A stretch of 63,193 nt of DNA, filler included, from Folioceros fuciformis (Eukaryota), in the NCBI GenBank assembly GCA_049999805.1. It is 7 parts of 7 records of this genome, joined end to end, with 100 filler letters (N's around TTAATTAATTAA, not from the genome) between each part and the next. Parts side by side here need not be neighbours in the genome. Positions count along the whole stretch, not along the records: positions 11,228 to 33,832 come from JBNGIO010005463.1; 6 more parts are not named here. One strand, written 5' to 3'. Positions 11,228 to 24,300 of the stretch are shown one piece after another. The translations under genes and the position numbers were made by a program. Under the pieces are notes generated by a model. That model saw nothing but the letters and a program-made list of their open reading frames with translations, made no database searches and had not been told where the DNA came from. The first letter of the stretch is position 1, and every line of letters begins with the position of its first letter.

Positions 11228-12464
11228 CCCCTGGCGTCTGCTAATAAATTCCCCCAGGCCTCTTATCCTTGCTCTTGCTGAGACGGCTGCAAAAATCCCT
11301 CTCCACCAAATCCGTACGTCATCAGCAAGGCCACCCATAATTGGGATCAAGTCACTCAACAACTCTCCCTCTTGCTTGCAATCTGTCCCACTCTCTCAGC
11401 TTTTCCTTGCATTGTGCTAAGATGAATTTTTTCAATCCCTCAGGTCCACCCTCCGAGTTAGCATTAGGCACCTCCACAAATACTTTGCATGCTGAATTTT
11501 GGCATGCTTCCCTTCTAGCACTTTTGTCCTGTAACTCCCATCTCTCTCCATGAATGTTGGAGCTTTCGTGGGTGGACGATCCTTGACCCCACTAGGCCTG
11601 TATTAGATCTATCCTTCAATGAATCCTTATCCTTCACCCCCTGGAAACCATTGTTCAGCTCATTAGGCTTGAGGCGTTTTCCAACTCGATCGTCAACCTT
11701 CTTATCCAATGATCGCATCTTCTCTTCCAGAAGGAATACCCTATTCTCCAACTCATCAACACTTGTCTTCAGGTTGTTAAGAGGGCTTCTAGCAGCTTCC
11801 CGGACTCCTTCGTCCCATCAAGCTCGCAGCAGCAGAAGTCCCCCACACCAGACTACCCTTGGCCAGTTCCGCCACCGGAGCCACCTTCTGCGACTCCATC
11901 TGCGACCCCGCACAGTAGAACATCAACTTCCCAAGAGCTTCCCGGCCATCGTCCCCTACTCCCTGCTTGGTTTCGGCCAGCAAATCGGAAGCCATCTCTG
12001 GTGCCCGAGATAGGCAAGGTAGACTTCCCTCCACAGACCTCCCTCTGACACGTTAGAAAACTGTTTGCACACCTTCATTAACGTGCTTATCAAATCCCCG
12101 ATCACCAAGCACCTGTCGCCAAGCCGTTCCAACCACCAAATCGGGCGCCTCATTGTTGGCCAACACCTCAACCTACACTTGTAGCCCAAGCCCTAGGTCC
12201 GCGCAACCGCCTGGATCTGACCCCCGACCAGCCAGGCTGCGTCGCCTGACATCCGCCATGTTCCGACTAGATCCGGCCCGGCGTGCCTACCCGCTTGGAC
12301 CCTGCAGCCTGCTACCATAGATCTACCTCGGCCACAGCCCGCCGGAGCACCGTGCCCCTGACTTGCTTGCCTCCACCGTAGCCAGCCACTGTGATCCAGC
12401 CTGCCGCCTAACCGTGATACAACCCACTTTCCCGTCACCTGCAGCCGGCCTGCCTGATGTGCGT
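11228..12464 (-). mobile_element. Remnant of repeat family H (decayed ORF plus GC-rich leader)
   Basis: AAGGTGGCTCCGGTGGCGGAACTGGCCAAG on minus matches AAGGTGGCTCTAATAGAGGAACTAGCCAAG near 39017-39046. The GC-rich flank resembles 39300-42000. Confidence 0.5.
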
Positions 12465-14870
12465 TGTGGAGTAAAATGTTGTGTTTGGGGACATTAAGGT
12501 CCACACTAAACCTCTATGTCATTGTAGCCATGGGATTTGCTCCCAAGGGAATGATTTGTGCCGAGTAACGCTAACTTCTACCACTACTGACTCTTGCCTA
12601 GGTCAAGCCTTATCCACTTCCGTTTCTACTACCCACTAGCTCCCTACCACTACCCCCGGTTAGCCTAGCTATCGTTGACCCTACGACCATGGTCATTGGT
12701 TCCGCAACTGGTAGTGGTCTCCACGACCGTGGCGGCTCCCACCCAAAACCCTAGCGTATATTTTCCTGCACATGTGCTGCCGCGAGTTTCCACCACGGGT
12801 TTCTGCCCCAGGGGCTTCTAGAATCACATATCTAGTCTTATTGGATGCTCCACACACATGCAAATGCTAATCCTTGGGGGACAAGACCCTGCAAATTAGC
12901 CACACTCCCCCACACCCACATGCACCACTCCCCACACATGCAAAACACACCAGAACTCTGGTGTACACTTATTCCTCACAGGCCTGTCTCCAATTGTCTC
13001 CAATCTTCCAGCAACGCCCACAAATCTTCAACGAATCCTTCACAACACCTCACAAGCTTCAACAATCTCAACAATCCTCCACAAATGTCTAGAAATCTCT
13101 CCGAAATCCTTCAAAACTCACATCCCAGCTTCAACACTCTTTCTCAATCATCCAGCAATTTCTCAGCAATTCTCTTCACTCTCTAGCAATCTCAGCAATC
13201 TTCTAGGTCCTCCTCAGTGTCTCAACTCACTCACTCCTTCTCTTCACTCCCTCCTTCAGCCTTTCTTCTTATCACACACTCACTTCAGCACCAGATTCAA
13301 AACGCAGCCAACAGTTCTGGGAATAAGGGAAGGAGAAGCTCTCCTTCCACTTCGCGCAACGAGTGGATTCGTCCCTCTCCTCAGCTACAGACCACAGTAA
13401 GTCTTCTTGTCACACACTCACTTCTTTAACCTTCTTCTTCTTACACACTCACTCTTCACTTGCTCCTTCACACTCCCTTTGAGGTCTCGTCTTCTCACAC
13501 ACGCTCTTCAACACCAGATTCAAAACGCAGCCAATGATGGGTCAGGGAATAAGGGAAGGAGAAGCTCTCCTTTCACTTCGTGCAACGGGCGGATTCATCC
13601 CCCTCTCCTTAGCTATGGACCACAATCAGTCTTCTTCTCACACACTCACTTCTTCAACCTTCTTCTTCTTACACACTCACTCTTCACTCGCTCCTTCACA
13701 ATCCCTTCGATGCCTCATCTTCTCACACACACTCTTCAACACCAGATTCAAAACACAGCCAATGGGTCAGGGAATAAGGGAAGGGGGAGCCCCCCTTCCA
13801 CTCCGCGCAACTAAAAGATTCATTCCCCTTAGCTACGAAGCATAATCAGCCGTTTCGGGGATAAGGGAAAGAGAAGTTCTCCTTCCACTCCGCGCAACTG
13901 GAGGATTCGTCCCCCTCACCACTCACCGCAAAACACAAATAGTGATTTAGGGAATAAGGGGAGGGTCCTTCCACTCAGCATGTAATTTGCTGATTCGTCC
14001 CCCTTAACACCAGCTGCGGAGCAAAAGCTCTCAACCACCCCTAGGAGCGTCGCACACACATTACCCACCCAAGCATCTCCCATCCAGCCATGGGCAGCGC
14101 GGGGATCTCGACCGGGAAGAGTCTCCAACATTTGCTAATTCCCGAGGCTCAACAGGCCCCTTTGTACAACACGTCAGGCGGGATCGTCGCCGCCATTAAG
14201 TCCGGTCTTAAGTAGTCAAGTGCTCTTAATTGCGAGCGGCATTAGGTCCAAGAAAGCATCTTCACCAAATCTTAACTAAATATTATTTTAAGATGCAATG
14301 AATTCTAGCCTATCCTATCACTGCGCTTGCCTCCTATCCGGCCTCTGCGTACTCCTTCCTCAGCCGCCGAATCCCCGGGCTCTCCTCCCTCTTCACTGGT
14401 CAGGCAGATCCTCCCATAAAACCTCCACCTCACTCTTGCTGCCGCCAGACTTCTCTTGTTGAGGCGTGGGTGGGGTTCGCGAGGGGGTCCTTCCCCCACC
14501 TTCTGGTCGCCTGTTGCTGAGGACCATCACAGTTTCTTGTGCTTCCTCTTCTGTGAGTTCCTCCAGTACCACCTCCGAGTAGCAGGGAGGCAGCCCCACA
14601 CCTGGAAGCAATGGGAGAAGCATCACCTGTAGGTCCTCAGTTGCAGGCATTAAGTGTAGAGGAAAAAATATTTGCGAACCCCCTTCCTAAGTGACGGATT
14701 TGGTGGAATTTGGTTTTTTGTGTGAAGTGAAGGAGAAAGCGGCTTAGGTTGAGAATAAAACAGGGGTATTTATACACAAGACCTCCTTAGACCATGGGGT
14801 TTTGGAATGGACCAGTAGTCGGGCCAAGTGTCCGGGGGGCTAGTTGGTCCTTGGGTCTTGGTAGTGGAAT
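12465..14870 (+). mobile_element. Repeat family F copy 1 (TGTGG start, internal tandem units, antisense ORF remnant)
   Basis: Colinear but diverged homology to the reverse complement of about 15405-17531. Minus-strand TATAAATA (14767-14774) lies upstream of ORF 14393-14650. Confidence 0.7.
13200..13980 (+). repeat. Tandem units with core GGGAATAAGGGAAGGAGAAGCTCTCCTTCCACTCCGCGCAAC; inverted counterparts at 15880-16380
   Basis: Core visible near 13319, 13545, 13770, 13857 and 13950. Confidence 0.85.
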
Positions 14871-14881
14871 GAGCTTATATA

Positions 14882-17531
14882 TGTAGACTCCCCCCCCTAA
14901 TATTAGAAATAAGAAACGACGCCTAGGTGAGGCAGGTCATGGACTTAGGCTAGGAAATAAGGAAGTTGTGACTCAACAATGGTCGGGGAAGGTGAACCAC
15001 CGTCATGGAAGGACAACTGGTGGTGGGACTCTGGCGGGTAGTGGAATCGAAGCTGAGAAGGGAGGTAGTCGAAGCTCAACGACGGTCGTAGAAGGGGCAA
15101 TCGATAGTGGATGCCGATGGTAGTCGTGGAAACGAGACGGCCATCGGCGGATGGAAACCATGAGGGGAAGGGCAAGGTCAAACAGAGAAGCAGGTCCATG
15201 ACTAAGGTAGTGAGAGCCGCTACCGGTAGAGGAGAGACAACACCGGTAGTGGGAAGCTCTACCCTGGTTGGGGAACAGCGATGTTGCGTAATCATCAACC
15301 AAGGTTGCTGAACCCCCTACCTGCACCAGGAGGACTAGAATGGAAACAGTTGCAGCCAGAGTGGCAGGATGCACTCTAGCATCCTTGGAGGGCAAAGAGC
15401 AAATAGCCAGCAGCGGGAGTGAGGTGTTTAGGGTTTAGGGTTTAGGGAGTGAGGTGGAAGGATTTGCCCAATCAGCAGCATGGAAGGGGAGCCTGAGGAT
15501 TTGGTGGCAGAGGAAGAAGGGCCAAAAGAAAGGATAGGAGGAGAGCGTGGCGCTAAGGTAGGCTAGGAGTTGTTGCATCTTAAAATAGTATTTAGATAAG
15601 ATTTGGCAAGATGCTATCTTGACTTGGTGCCGCCTGCCATTAAGGGCACCTTTTTTAAAGTTAACTGTTTTTAGAACTAGACTTTATGGCGGGGCTATGG
15701 CTCCTACTCTTGGATCTCTGTACAAGGGGGCCTATTGGTGCCTCTCTGATTAGCAAATGTTGGAGACACTTCCCGGTTGAGATCCCTTGCGTTGTCCATG
15801 GCTGGATTGGGAATGTTTGGGTGGGCAGTGAGTGCAAGACGCTCCTAGGGGTGGTTGAGCACTTTTGCTCCACAGCTGAGAGTGAGGGGGACGAATTTGT
15901 GAGTTGCGCAGAGTGGAAGGAGCACCTCCTTCCCTTAGGTGCTCCTTCCCTTATTCCCTCAATGGCCAGTTGTGTTCTGCAGTGGAAAGTGAGAGGGACA
16001 AATCCACCAGCTGTGTGGAGTGGAGGGAGAGCTTCTCCTTCCCTTATTCCCTGAACGGCCGATTGTGGTCCGTGGTGAGTGGTGAGGGGGACGAATCCAC
16101 CAGCTGCGTGGAGTGGAGGGAGAGTTTCCTTCCCTTATTCCTTGAACCAGTGACTACGTTTTGAATCTGGAGTTGAAGAGCGTGAGTGAGGAGGAGAAGA
16201 AGTCTTAAGGAGTGAGTGAGTGAGGACGAGAAGGAGGCTGAGGAAGTGAGTGAGTGAGGAGGAGAAGGATGAGGACTGATTGTGGTCCGTAGTTGAGGAG
16301 AGGGGACGAATCCACCCGCTACATGGAGTGGAGGGAGTGTTTCTCCTTCCCTTATTCCCTGAACCATCAGCTACGTCCTGAATTTGGTGAGGAAGAGAGA
16401 GTTGAGAGAATGAGAACTTTGGAAGATTGCTACGAGATTGTTGGAGAACTGAAGAGAAACGCTGAGAAATTGCTGGGTGATTGTTTGCTGAAGTTTGAAC
16501 GAGATTGCTGGGGAATTTTTGAGGAATTCCTAGATGTTTGTGGAGGACTATGGAAGGTTGCTGAGGTTGTTGTAAGATTGCTGGAGAGTTGGGAACATTG
16601 CTGGAGAACTGAAGAAAACGACTAAGGAGTTGCTAGAGAATTGAGGAAGAGTGCTAAAGATTGGATGCGAATCTTGGAGAATTTCGAAGAGATTTCAAAG
16701 TGTTGTAAGTGGCTGTGGGAGATTGTTGAAGCTTGTGAGGAAGTGTGAGGAGTGGTGAAAGATTGTGAAGGGTTTGCTAGAAGATTTGGGGACATTGCTG
16801 GAGATTGAGACCCTTGGGGGCAAGCCTGTGAGAATAACTATGAACAAGAGCTCTTGTGTGTGTTTTGCATGTGTGGGAAGTGCTGCATAAGTGTGTGTGG
16901 AAGTGTAGCTCATCAGCGGGGTCTTGTTACCCAAGGATCATCACTTGCATGTGTGTGGGACATTCAATATGCCCATATTTGTGAGTCTGGAAGGCCTGGG
17001 CAAAAACCCGTGGGTGGAAACCCGCGGCGGCACATGCGCCGGAATTTAATTAGTTAGGATTTTGGGTGGGACCCACTATTGTCGTGGAGACCACTACCAT
17101 TGTGGAGACCATCGACCGCGGTCGTGGAGTAGGTAGGGCCCACGGTAGCTAGACTAACTGAGGGGTAGTGGAATCCGCCACCGGCTGTGGAAACCCTATC
17201 GGTAATTGGAAGGTTAGTAGTTGTGGAGGCCCCAACCGGTTGTAAAGGGGGCAGTGGTAGTGGAGACCCCTACGTTGGTTGTAGAGTGCGGACTAGAGTT
17301 GTAGAGTAGGGTCTATGGTAGCTAATCTAGCTGAGGGGTAGGGGTAGTTGAACTAGCAAGTAGTAGAGCTGAGGGGTAGGTAAGACCTGACCTAGGTGAG
17401 AGCTGACTTTTAGAAGAAACCTGTGTTATTTGGCACAAATCATTCCCTTGGGAGCGAATCCCATGGCTACAACGACATAGAGGGTTTGTGTGGACCTCGC
17501 GGTACCCCCAGGTACAATATTTTTCCCCACA
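14882..17531 (-). mobile_element. Repeat family F copy 2, possibly a long (about 2.65 kb) LTR
   Basis: On minus: TGTGGGG at 17531, preceded by purine-rich AGGGGGACAAGGG, with a candidate end GAGTCTACA at 14882. No matching TSD. Confidence 0.6.
15418..15456 (+). repeat. Interstitial telomeric insert (TTTAGGG)3 with 9-bp flanking duplication
   Basis: AGTGAGGTG + (TTTAGGG)3 at 15427-15447 + AGTGAGGTG. Confidence 0.9.
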
Positions 17532-17649
17532 GTAAGCCCTTGTCCCCCCTATTTCCACACAAACATGGATAGTAAGGTTAAGTACACGGTCCCCATTCAC
17601 ATAGAGGCCAAGGATATAAGATTCCTCATCCAAATGCTGTAATACAATC

Positions 17650-18215
17650 TGGCCTCCTACTGCAGATGAGGTGCTTACCCCCTCCTCCCGTGGGCTATCC
17701 TGAACTGTCTGTCTTCTACTCTCCAAGGGTACAGGGGGATCCTTTGTTCCTCTAGTTGCCGCCGTTCCCAGCTCCGTACTCCTGTTGCGGCTTGTCATTC
17801 CAACTCTCTCGGCTGTGGGTTCCGTGATTGTTGCTGCTTCCTCAACCCTGGTGGGGCTTTCCTCTACTGGTGTGGTCCCGCTCTGACCGATAGCGGCTTC
17901 TGCTACCTCTGTCGCGGACCTGCTGCTCCATTTGACCTTCCCTTTCCCTTTTACTTGGCTCCAGGCCTCATCCCGTTCTCGTTTGTAACGGTCCGCGAGC
18001 TTCTGGACTTTCTCCACTGCGGGCCGCCTCTTGCTCTTGTGCTCTCAACATTTCTTATTGCATTTTCTGGTTGGCCTCATGGACCTCTTTGACTTGAGCC
18101 AGGAGCAGCTTCTGCTGATCTTTCATTGCCTACATTCCTTCTTGAGCCCGGCGTACTTCCTCCTGCGCCTGCGCCTTTGCTGCACTCAGGGCCTGTCGAG
18201 CTTCCTCTAGTTGCT
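17650..18215 (-). pseudogene. Decayed coiled-coil ORF associated with family F
   Basis: QLEEARQALSAAKAQAQEEVRRAQ... and KGKGKVKWSSRSATEVAEAAIGQSGTTPV; the latter matches EGKGKVKQRSRSMTKVVRAATGRGETTPV in ORF 15111-15311 (+). Confidence 0.55.
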
Positions 18216-18241
18216 TATGTCTTGCTTTTTAATTTTGGGAT

Positions 18242-18526
18242 TGTTATAATCTAAGCATTTAATTAAGAAGAGGAACATCTATATATGCTCTTAAGAAAAA
18301 GACATTGAAGTTACATTATTGTTATTATTGTTTGATAACCTCATATATGTTTATATATGAGTTTTAATGAACGAGTATGACTTTTAAGTTAGGGCTACAC
18401 CTTTCCACTAATGGGTGTACCTTTTCATAAATAACACCTATATATATCACTTAACGAAACAAGCCCTAACCCTAGTTGATATTGGCAACACTTAAAGTAA
18501 CTCTACTTCAACACTCCCACTTGTTG
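18242..18526 (-). mobile_element. PPT and 3' LTR of another Copia-like element
   Basis: On minus: ACAAGTGGGAG then TGTTGAAG at 18513, AT-rich with TATATA. The far end (18242 or 18218) is uncertain. Confidence 0.55.
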
Positions 18527-19489
18527 CCGTATCCACTAGAATGTGTGTGTTCCCGGTGGCGGCGCCTCATCTTCTAGAATCATTGTTGCTCGCAGACTGT
18601 CTCTGTACAGCAAGTCTTGTGATGACGCCGCTAGGGGACTTGTTAGAGACCATGATAAGAGCGCGAGCACCACTGGAGGTTTGGTTAGCCGCCTTGCACC
18701 TGTTTATTTATTTTATTTGCACCTGAGACACTCACCTTCAAGCACCAAAAACACCACATGGGAAGAAAAAGAAACAAAGCCCAGGTAGCCTCATCCTAGG
18801 GATCTAGCGCTAGTTGCTCTAAATAAACCCGATAAGCCAAGCAAATGTCATTATGAAGGTGTCGTGGGAGGTGTTGGAAGAGACATGGTCTTGGTAAGTG
18901 CATCTCAAATAATGCAATGAGGTGACCAGATTGAGTCGTCAACCATTGTCATGATTCTATAGAAGAGGAATGAAGGTTACCCATGCCTTCAACCCTAGGG
19001 ACCACCAAGAAGGAGCTTGTCTAAGTTGGGCCTCCCATGTAAATAAGTCGAAATCCTTGTGCATCAAACCCATATGTTGACGAATACCTGAGATGTGAAT
19101 ACTTTTCCACACACAGGACAAGTGTTCTTGGCAAAAGCTAACAAAGCGGGACCCATGTCTCTTGGCCTGCTCCTAAACCTACTCACTCCTTCCCTGCTTC
19201 GTAACCCTAATAATCACAAGATCATGGAGTACTGTACCCTTAAAAGTAGAAAACAAAAAAAAGAGAAAAAGAAAAAAAATTACTAAAAGTCTAAACCCCA
19301 CCATGCTCAAGCTCCATGCCCATGGTAATTGGAGACCACCACCGACATCCCCATTACCACACTTCAACACCCCACTTGCTCCACCACGCTCCATCGCCCA
19401 TCCCCCATAGCCCATCACCACATGCATGGTGCACCACCACTCGCGCTTCATCACCACACCTACTCCACCTCGCTCCATCACCGTCACCA

Positions 19490-20130
19490 CTGATCGCTCG
19501 TGCTCCATCACCGGCACCGCCAACTACCCATGCTCCATCACTATCACCGTTGACCGCCCGTGCTCCATCATCGGCACCACTGACTACCCATGCTCCATCG
19601 CTGTCACCGTTGACTACCCATGCTCCATCGCTGTCACCGTTGACCGCCCATGCTCCATCGCTGTCACCGTTGACCGACCATGCTCCATCGCTGTCACCGT
19701 TGACCGACCATGCTCCATCGCTGTCACCGTTGACCGACCATGCTCCATCGCTGTCACCGTTGACCGACCATGCTCCATCGCTGTCACCGTTGACCGACCA
19801 TGCTCCATCGCTGTNNNNNNNNNNNNNNNNNNNNNNNNNNNNNNNNNNNNNNNNNNNNNNNNNNNNNNNNNNNNNNNNNNNNNNNNNNNNNNNNNNNNNN
19901 NNNNNNNNNNNNNNCCGCCACCCCTCACCGCCCGTGGTCCATCACCGCCACCCCTCACCGCCCGTGGTCCATCACCGCCACCCCTCACCGCCCGTGGTCC
20001 ATCACCGCCACCCCTCACTGCCTGTGCTCTATCACCACCACTACCTGTGCTCCATCACCGCTGCCGCTCACCGCCCATGCTCTATCACCACCACTGCCAT
20101 CACCATTTCTACTCATCGCTCCCCATGGAT
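19490..20130. repeat. 30-bp minisatellite (TGCTCCATCGCTGTCACCGTTGACCGACCA) and a 30-bp variant, spanning a gap
   Basis: Perfect tandem copies at 19651-19814; variant CCCTCACCGCCCGTGGTCCATCACCGCCAC after the gap. Confidence 0.97.
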
Positions 20131-20439
20131 GCTAGGTCGAACCAACTCCAATATTACTTCAAACAGTACTTCTTGCAGTCTACTTCCAATAGTACTATCT
20201 CTACTTTCCATAAATCTCTACTTCTCAATCTTTCCAACAATGCTTCTCTACTTTGCAACCTATTTTCAGTAGTACTATCTCTACTTTTAGGCCTATGTCC
20301 ATAGTACATCTCTACTTTGCAACCAATTTCCAACTTGACATCTCTATTGTGCAAAGGACCCTCCTAATGACATTTTTTAGACCCTCCTAATTTTTTAAGA
20401 AGGATGGGTAGCGAGCAAAAGACTCAATATAGGTGATGA

Positions 20440-21085
20440 TTCTTCCTCTCCCTCCACTAGCAAGCCTTCCATTCTTCCTTCCTCTATTTGCAAGCATTCT
20501 ACTCTTCTTTCCTCTTCCTCCGTTTGCAAGCGTTCTACTCTTCTTTCCTCTTCCTCCGTTTGCAAGCGTTCTACTCTTCTTTCCTCTTCCTCCGTTTGCA
20601 AGCGTTCTACTCTTCTTTCCTCTTCCTCCGTTTGCAAGCGTTCTACTCTTCTTTCCTCTTCCTCCGTTTGCAAGCGTTCTACTCTTCNNNNNNNNNNNNN
20701 NNNNNNNNNNNNNNNNNNNNNNNNNNNNNNNNNNNNNNNNNNNNNNNNNNNNNNNNNNNNNNNNNNNNNNNNNNNNNNNNNNNNNNNTTTCCTTTTCCTC
20801 CATTTGCAAGCGTTCTACTCTTCTTTCCTCTTCCTCCGTCTGCAAGCGTTCTACTCTTCTTTCCTCTTCCTCCATCTGCATCCTCTTCCTCCGTCGTTCT
20901 ACTCTTCTTTCCTCTTCCTCCGTTTGCAAGCGTTCTACTCTCTTCTTTCCTCTTCCTCCATTTGCAAGACCTTCATTCTTCCTTCCTCCCTCTTCCCCCA
21001 TTTGCAAGCCTTTGTTCTTTGAACCTCATCCTCTCTTTGCAAGCCCTTTGCTCTTCCTTCCTCTTCCTCCATTTGCAAGCCCTTT
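20440..21085. repeat. 36-bp minisatellite (TTTGCAAGCGTTCTACTCTTCTTTCCTCTTCCTCCG), spanning a gap
   Basis: Perfect tandem copies in the centre, degenerate at both edges. Confidence 0.97.
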
Positions 21086-21346
21086 GTTTAACCTGCTTAT
21101 ACTGTCTTACGATCCATATATACCATTCTCATAAGAAACTTGATTGCTCCATTTTGCTTTGGACTAGATCATGCTCTCGAAGCTAGGTACCTGTAGTAAA
21201 AGCACCTAACATTGCTTACCTTTCACCTTTGACGCTCAAGTATTTTCTCTCCTCGGGATGGACTTCCCGTCTTAAGAACTGATACTTCTACACATCGGAA
21301 AGAAGATAGGAACATCCATCGACAGATACTAGTTCAAACCTAAGCT

Positions 21347-24300
21347 TCAAACTTGAAGCTTGCGTGTTTGCTTATGAAAAATATCCACAATATCGGAAGG
21401 AGAATTTGCACTTTCCGCACTCTTGTCAGTCCTAACAGAAATGAATCGAGGAAAACGCATCGAAATACCGCGCGCCTCGTGCACCAGGCCAAACGCTGCT
21501 TCATGTACAGGCGATAAGGTAAGATCTGCCAGAAAGGGGATGTCAATAGCTAAAATACCCCATACAGAAAACCACGAACCACTGTCACTCATGTACACGG
21601 CAACAGAAGACCTAAGCACGTTACAAAACGTTACCGGCACCAAGGATCTCCCAAACCACCTTCGGTTGGAACCAGACATCGGGATTTTCTCGGGTGCGGT
21701 AATACGGTGGCTTTTTGGGGAGGACCTGCTCCCCAGAGAAAAACTCATTTGCCTGCAGAACAACATCCAGTCCCATGATCACAAGAGCATGATTGGACTT
21801 TATCGTCACACAAGGGTTGACAGCCCTTTGGACGTACCTCTCGGTAAAACGTGTCACTGAAGCCTGACATAACTCGACAAACGCTCTCGAATTGATCCTT
21901 GTGAGGGTTGTAGCATGCTAGCAAGAAAGGGCTGTACCTGCAAACCAAATTCTGTCGATGACGATCCTCTCCTCCCTTTGAAAAAGGCATCTAATATCGT
22001 GGTGGTTATTAAAACTCAACATAATGAAATATAACTCACCACCCAGCCTTACGGCCACTTCCATGCCACGCCCCTATGGGTACGAGGTCAAGAGTATCCT
22101 GTAGCCCTTCTACGTAGTCTCTTTTCACCTGCACAGGCGCATGTCGGTCATCTGTACAAAAGATGTCAGAAGCAAAAACACACTTGCATGGAAGGGTTCC
22201 AAATACCTTAAGCCATCGATCGGAGCGATTTGAAGGCGCATATTCTGAATCTTCATCCAAAGCTTTGGCCATGAATCCTTCACATGAGTGAGAAAAAGCC
22301 TCCTCCAAAAATGCCTCCAAACTGTTAGCTGCCACTGACTCGTCTTCACTGCCTTCGATCTAAAAGCCGTGAGTTCTCACAGTAAAGATAATTAGAAATC
22401 AAGGCTGCACACTAGGTCACGAAAAAAGACCCAGTTCATGGGATCACCTCTATTGCACGAGCGAATTCAATGTACCCCGGCTTCATGTTTGGAAGAAGAT
22501 CATGCATCCCTGAAACCGAGTGACAGTTTCAGTCTGCTACCATACAGAAAGACAGGGCGTGGGACGTCAAGGGAAGGCAAAAACAGGTAGAAGTATTTCT
22601 AAACTTGCATTTCTGCCGTTCTCGAAGAGAGAGTTTCACCAGCCTGGAAAATAAACAAACCACATAAGCTTTAGCCAGCTCGTGAGACGCTCAGAAGCTG
22701 TCAGAGTTGGCTGCGCACTTGCACTCAGAACTTACGGTGTGCCATTTGCATACATAACATCAAATATGAAGACACAGATATGCACCTACAAAACAACGGA
22801 CGTTTGCATAGTTATTATCCCCCACCAATATGTAGAGAAGAAGCAAAGGGAAATAGAAATTGCTGAAATCTAGTACCACACCTTGATGCTTGATACGTCA
22901 ATGACAGCACCATTTCGACCTCCCCTTCCTCGAGTACTAAGATGCTGAAAAGCTAGTAGTTTGTTACCATTATCCCTGTCAATGGCCACAACCTATACCA
23001 AGAAAGAAATGTATCTCTAAGCACAGAATACGATCCATAAAATTGTAAAGCAAGCGACTTGAATGACGCAAGAATCAACTCCCACAGATCTCAAGCGAAA
23101 ATACAGCACCTCAGAATCCAAGATGAATGACACTGCTTCTGGCTTTCTTGCATCTTGCACTATGCTGAGGATGTCTGGAAATCTTGACGTGGTATTGTCA
23201 GAATCTCGAGAGAAGATACGGAGTGATCCATCTTCTTGCAAATGAATTTGCGCCCGTTGGCCATCATATCTGCAGTTGTGGCAAAAATAAGGATAGCATA
23301 AGTGGACTTCAAAGAGTAGACGAGTACCTTACTTCCATTTCCATACTTGTATTCACACGTGAAGGCCTGTCCTTGAAAGCGCTTGAGGACTTCTGGTATG
23401 CCATGTGCTATTCTGCTCACGCATAAACGCGTGGAAGAACTTCGTTACAATGAGGAAAAACAGGCGACAAAGGGTCCACTACTTCCAGCATGACCAGATT
23501 TCAGCAGATCAGATTTTACAAAGACCTTACTTTGCAAGCATTGGCCTTATAGGCGTCCCTGGACACATTGTAATGCTTGAGAGAGCCTCAATACCTTCCC
23601 TTAGAAGTCTGGGCACCAAGACATCCTGCAGAGTATCTCAATATATCAGGAGCAGGATGTCAACAACATCGCAGGACTGCCAGGTGTACAAGCCATAAAC
23701 TCACAAGATTTGGAAACAAGTTATACGCCTCCAGTAAAGCAGCCGATGCTTTCTGTCAAGCAACGGTCAAGGATGAGTGCAGATTCGCTTGCAGCTCTGT
23801 TACTTATGAGTTTGGTTCGCTACTAGATCCAATCCACACGTTATATCTTCTTCACTCCACATGTCACAATAAGAAATGCTGGCCTACTTGAAGTTGACGC
23901 TTCAGATCCTTGAAAGATTCTTCTCCTTGACGATTCGAACAAGAAAACCCATGTAGCAGGACAGCATGTGCTAACGCTGTCAAAACAGTCGTGAGCGTAA
24001 CTCCTATCCTCATGCTCTGTACCTGCAAAGTTGGCAAAAACACCTACAGCATCTGCTGCCTACAAGGACAGTGAAACAAACACACAAGGGCACGACCTAC
24101 GGTATCTGATTGTGATTGGCAGCATAACACAAGCATTTACAATCAACGTTTCTGGTGTAATGGATATACCAGAGTTCGAACAATAAACTTTGTCTCGCTC
24201 TCTCGACAAGCGCGGAGGAGACTAAACACTAGATTCTTCTTGCGTGCAGCACTACCACTTCCGGATGTGTCACTGTGGTGGCAAAGTTTTGCAAGAATTT

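Noticed and set aside
13200-16380. CRISPR-like array of palindromic cores with spacers
   Set aside because: The intervening sequences are homologous to each other and variable in length, there are no cas genes, and the context is a eukaryotic TE.
19316-21186. Long ORFs over the 30-bp and 36-bp minisatellites
   Set aside because: Open in several frames only because the units are multiples of three and lack stops; LIG6 stops at 21347 before them.
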